Shown in pieces: positions 19,931 through 22,113 of a stretch of DNA of 22,113 nucleotides. Source of the stretch: Seison nebaliae (Eukaryota); contig JALJEE010000232.1 in NCBI GenBank assembly GCA_023231475.1, forward strand, positions 62,001 to 84,113. The letters run 5' to 3'. A model generated the notes under the pieces. It was not told the DNA's origin. It saw only the letters and a program-made list of their open reading frames with translations, and ran no database searches. Numbering within the stretch: position 1 is the stretch's first letter; every line of letters begins with the position of its first letter. A program made the translations under genes and the position numbers.

Positions 19931-21863
19931 ATGATCAATCCTTCAATGTTCATCAATAGTAAGAATAGCTTAAAGGTTGTTAGAGATCCATATGATAAGC
20001 CTGCAAATATTTTAGATATTGACGGTAATTGCTTATCCATTACTACTTTACAAATAATAATGACATCTCCTTCGTTAATGTTGTTATTTTATCAACATAA
20101 TTATTGCACCGCATTAACTTGTCTGCAAGTGCGACATAATATTGTAGAAAATAAACGAGGTAAATGTAAGTTAATAAAAGATATTGAATATTCATATTTG
20201 ATACATGAAGTGATGGTTATGATGGGTTTCCGGGCATCAGAAAAGGAGAAAAAAGGATTTTCATGTAACGAACATCCTTCATCTACCGGTTGTCACACTC
20301 CCAAGAATTGTCCTGATATTACAAACGGTAGTGTGGTGTTAAAGAATCTATGTCGCTTATATACTATGAGAGAAAATGAGGAGATTGCTAATGCAGAGCA
20401 TCAAGTATTTTCGAGAGTGCATTCCCAAAAATTATTACCGATAATTAATGTAAGAAAGATAAGACAAAATTTCTTGAATTACACCGATAATAAGGTAAAG
20501 AATCTGAAATTAAATGATGATAATGTCAGAAAAGGATTATCTTATTTCCCTACTAATGTGTTATGGAAAACGATCAACAATTACGAATATGATAAACGAG
20601 GATTGACTTCAGCAGTAATGACGCAACTTGCATACAAGTATTTAAATGTGCGATTTAAGACAATTTTAATATTTTTGATGAATATTCTTTTTGTCGAACA
20701 TGGTGGTACTCGTCAAAATGAAACTGTTGCTCATACATTTTATAAGACAACTCCATTGACACGTTTCTTTCAGGGTGAAGTAAAAGAATTGATATATAAA
20801 ACTCTTTGGCCTTTGTGGGACGAAATAACTACTGACCATGTTACACATTTCCCTCATTTAAGAATAATCTATCTGAAACTGACTCAAAAAATAGATAAAA
20901 AAGAAATTAACGGGACATTAAATAATTATCCATTTTGTTGGTATCAAACTTGGGAAGACGATATTTTTGATTTAGCCGAAGAATGGTTGCCAAAAAGAAC
21001 TTCCGATTTGATTGGTAGATATGGTCTACCATCAACTGTGTTCATTGATTTTGATTAACTTAATCACTCAATATATCAAAGTTTGGCTCTGCAAATATCG
21101 AGCCGTACTCTTTTCTCTTTAATTGATTTCGTCAAAGAATCACTTCAAGAGGTTGAAGGTCAAATACAGTTCGTTCCTAATCGAACAATGGTACATATGA
21201 CTTATCAGAAAGTTGTTCTTATTTTTCCCGACGAATTTTGGTGTGGCGATATACCCTGTAAGAGGAAGTTATTTATAAACCAATTGAGTGGTTCCGAGAA
21301 ACAAGAAGAGTTCGAAGTATTTGCAATAACTTTTAAACAACTGGTTATGCATTATAGAATCTCAGTAACTTTGGACACTTTGATAATAAACAATGTGTCT
21401 TACGAAGAATATAAATTGGAACGTACAAGAAAAATGTTTGACTGGCTGATGGAACTTCCAAAAATGAAGGATATTGTAGTTAAGCTTAATAAAGATATTA
21501 TGGCACACCTTACTTCAGAAGTTCAGAAGTATATTGATATTTTGGTTTTTAAAGAAACTATTCATAATTTATGGAAATTGAGGCAAACTAAAAATGGACA
21601 GAATTTCCCAGTACGGACAGTACGAAGAGCCGGGTGATTCATCAGTATTGGTGCGAACCTTCAATTTAAATTGGTGGTACATCAATAACGATAAAGTAGA
21701 AAAGGTTGAAAATCCAAAGATTTTTTTGAATAATTTTGTAGTAAAAATTAGCATGGACACTTGGCAAACCGCTTGGCAACTAGTTAGAACTTCTCATAAT
21801 ACCTTAAAAGATCTAAGAGCAGTTATACATCCGATAACTGAAAAAGACTTGTTTAATTCATAA
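19931..21863 (+). CDS. Uncharacterised protein, probably one spliced gene (~607 aa) with degenerate ubiquitin-specific protease (USP/C19)-like Cys and His boxes
   Basis: Three consecutive ORFs join via introns 21040-21081 (GTTCAT..AAG, phase 2) and 21545-21611 (GTTTTT..CCCAG, phase 0; less certain). N-terminal DGNCLSITTLQIIMTSPSL resembles the USP Cys box. C-terminal YGQYEEPGDSSVLVRTFNLNWWYINNDKVEKV resembles the His box. Coding status is well supported; the family call is tentative. Confidence 0.5.
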
Positions 21864-21917
21864 ATTAATTTTAATTTGTTCTTCTGTTTGTAAGTTTTCT
21901 TTTTTCACGAACAAACC

Positions 21918-21948
21918 GGCGTGCGTAGCGCAGTGGTCTACGCACGTT
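21918..21948. other. GC-rich hairpin containing a Pol III A-box-like motif
   Basis: CGTGCGTAG (21920-21928) is the exact reverse complement of CTACGCACG (21938-21946), with a 9-nt loop. TAGCGCAGTGG (21926-21936) fits TRGCNNARYGG. Confidence 0.55.
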
Positions 21949-22113
21949 CCACGCATATTTGCGAAATAACGTACTAGTGATGTCCATTTGGTAACAAAAA
22001 CGAAGAGCTCAAAAACGATTTTATAGAGGAAGAGAAAAAAATCCAGACTCTCGTTTTTGCCTCGTATACATACACTATTCGTTCTATTTTGGCAAAAAAC
22101 AGAACGAACAGTA

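Noticed and set aside
19931..21863. Endogenous virus or operon-like cassette, or programmed frameshift, suggested by closely packed and overlapping ORFs
   Set aside because: No viral or transposase motifs were recognised, and short GTT-AG introns join the ORFs in frame.
21919..21995. tRNA gene
   Set aside because: It has an A-box and a D-arm-like segment only. There is no T-arm/B-box (GTTCRA) and no acceptor-stem partner.
1..22113. Alternative genetic code, stop readthrough or pseudogenisation as the cause of fragmented ORFs; CRISPR or other prokaryotic systems
   Set aside because: All interruptions resolve as GT-AG introns with correct phase, and TAA, TAG and TGA all serve as true stops. 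No repeat-spacer array or bacterial gene is present.

Overview
AT-rich, gene-dense eukaryotic genomic DNA, almost certainly from an animal, read with the standard genetic code. The fragmented ORF track is explained by many short spliceosomal introns. Manual splicing gives seven genes: (1) a secreted multi-domain Kazal/pacifastin-like/VWC protease-inhibitor-like protein (minus strand, runs off the left edge), (2) eIF3h, (3) ribosomal protein eL37, head-to-head with eIF3h, (4) an FMRFamide-receptor-like class A GPCR with a very long C-tail, (5) a RING-finger protein, (6) a Mn-motif/SAXO-like axonemal microtubule protein, and (7) a divergent, probably inactive USP-like protein, followed by a hairpin-rich tail. 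The main discovery concerns splicing. Of 29 introns reconstructed from frame and protein conservation in five genes, 28 begin GTT and one GTC. None begins with the usual GTA/GTG, +5G is mostly absent, 24 of 29 are 42-58 nt long, and perfect GTAAGT/GTAAGA sites lie apparently unused inside exons. This points to an altered 5' splice-site recognition code. The species cannot be identified from this window, and no database or RNA evidence was available.
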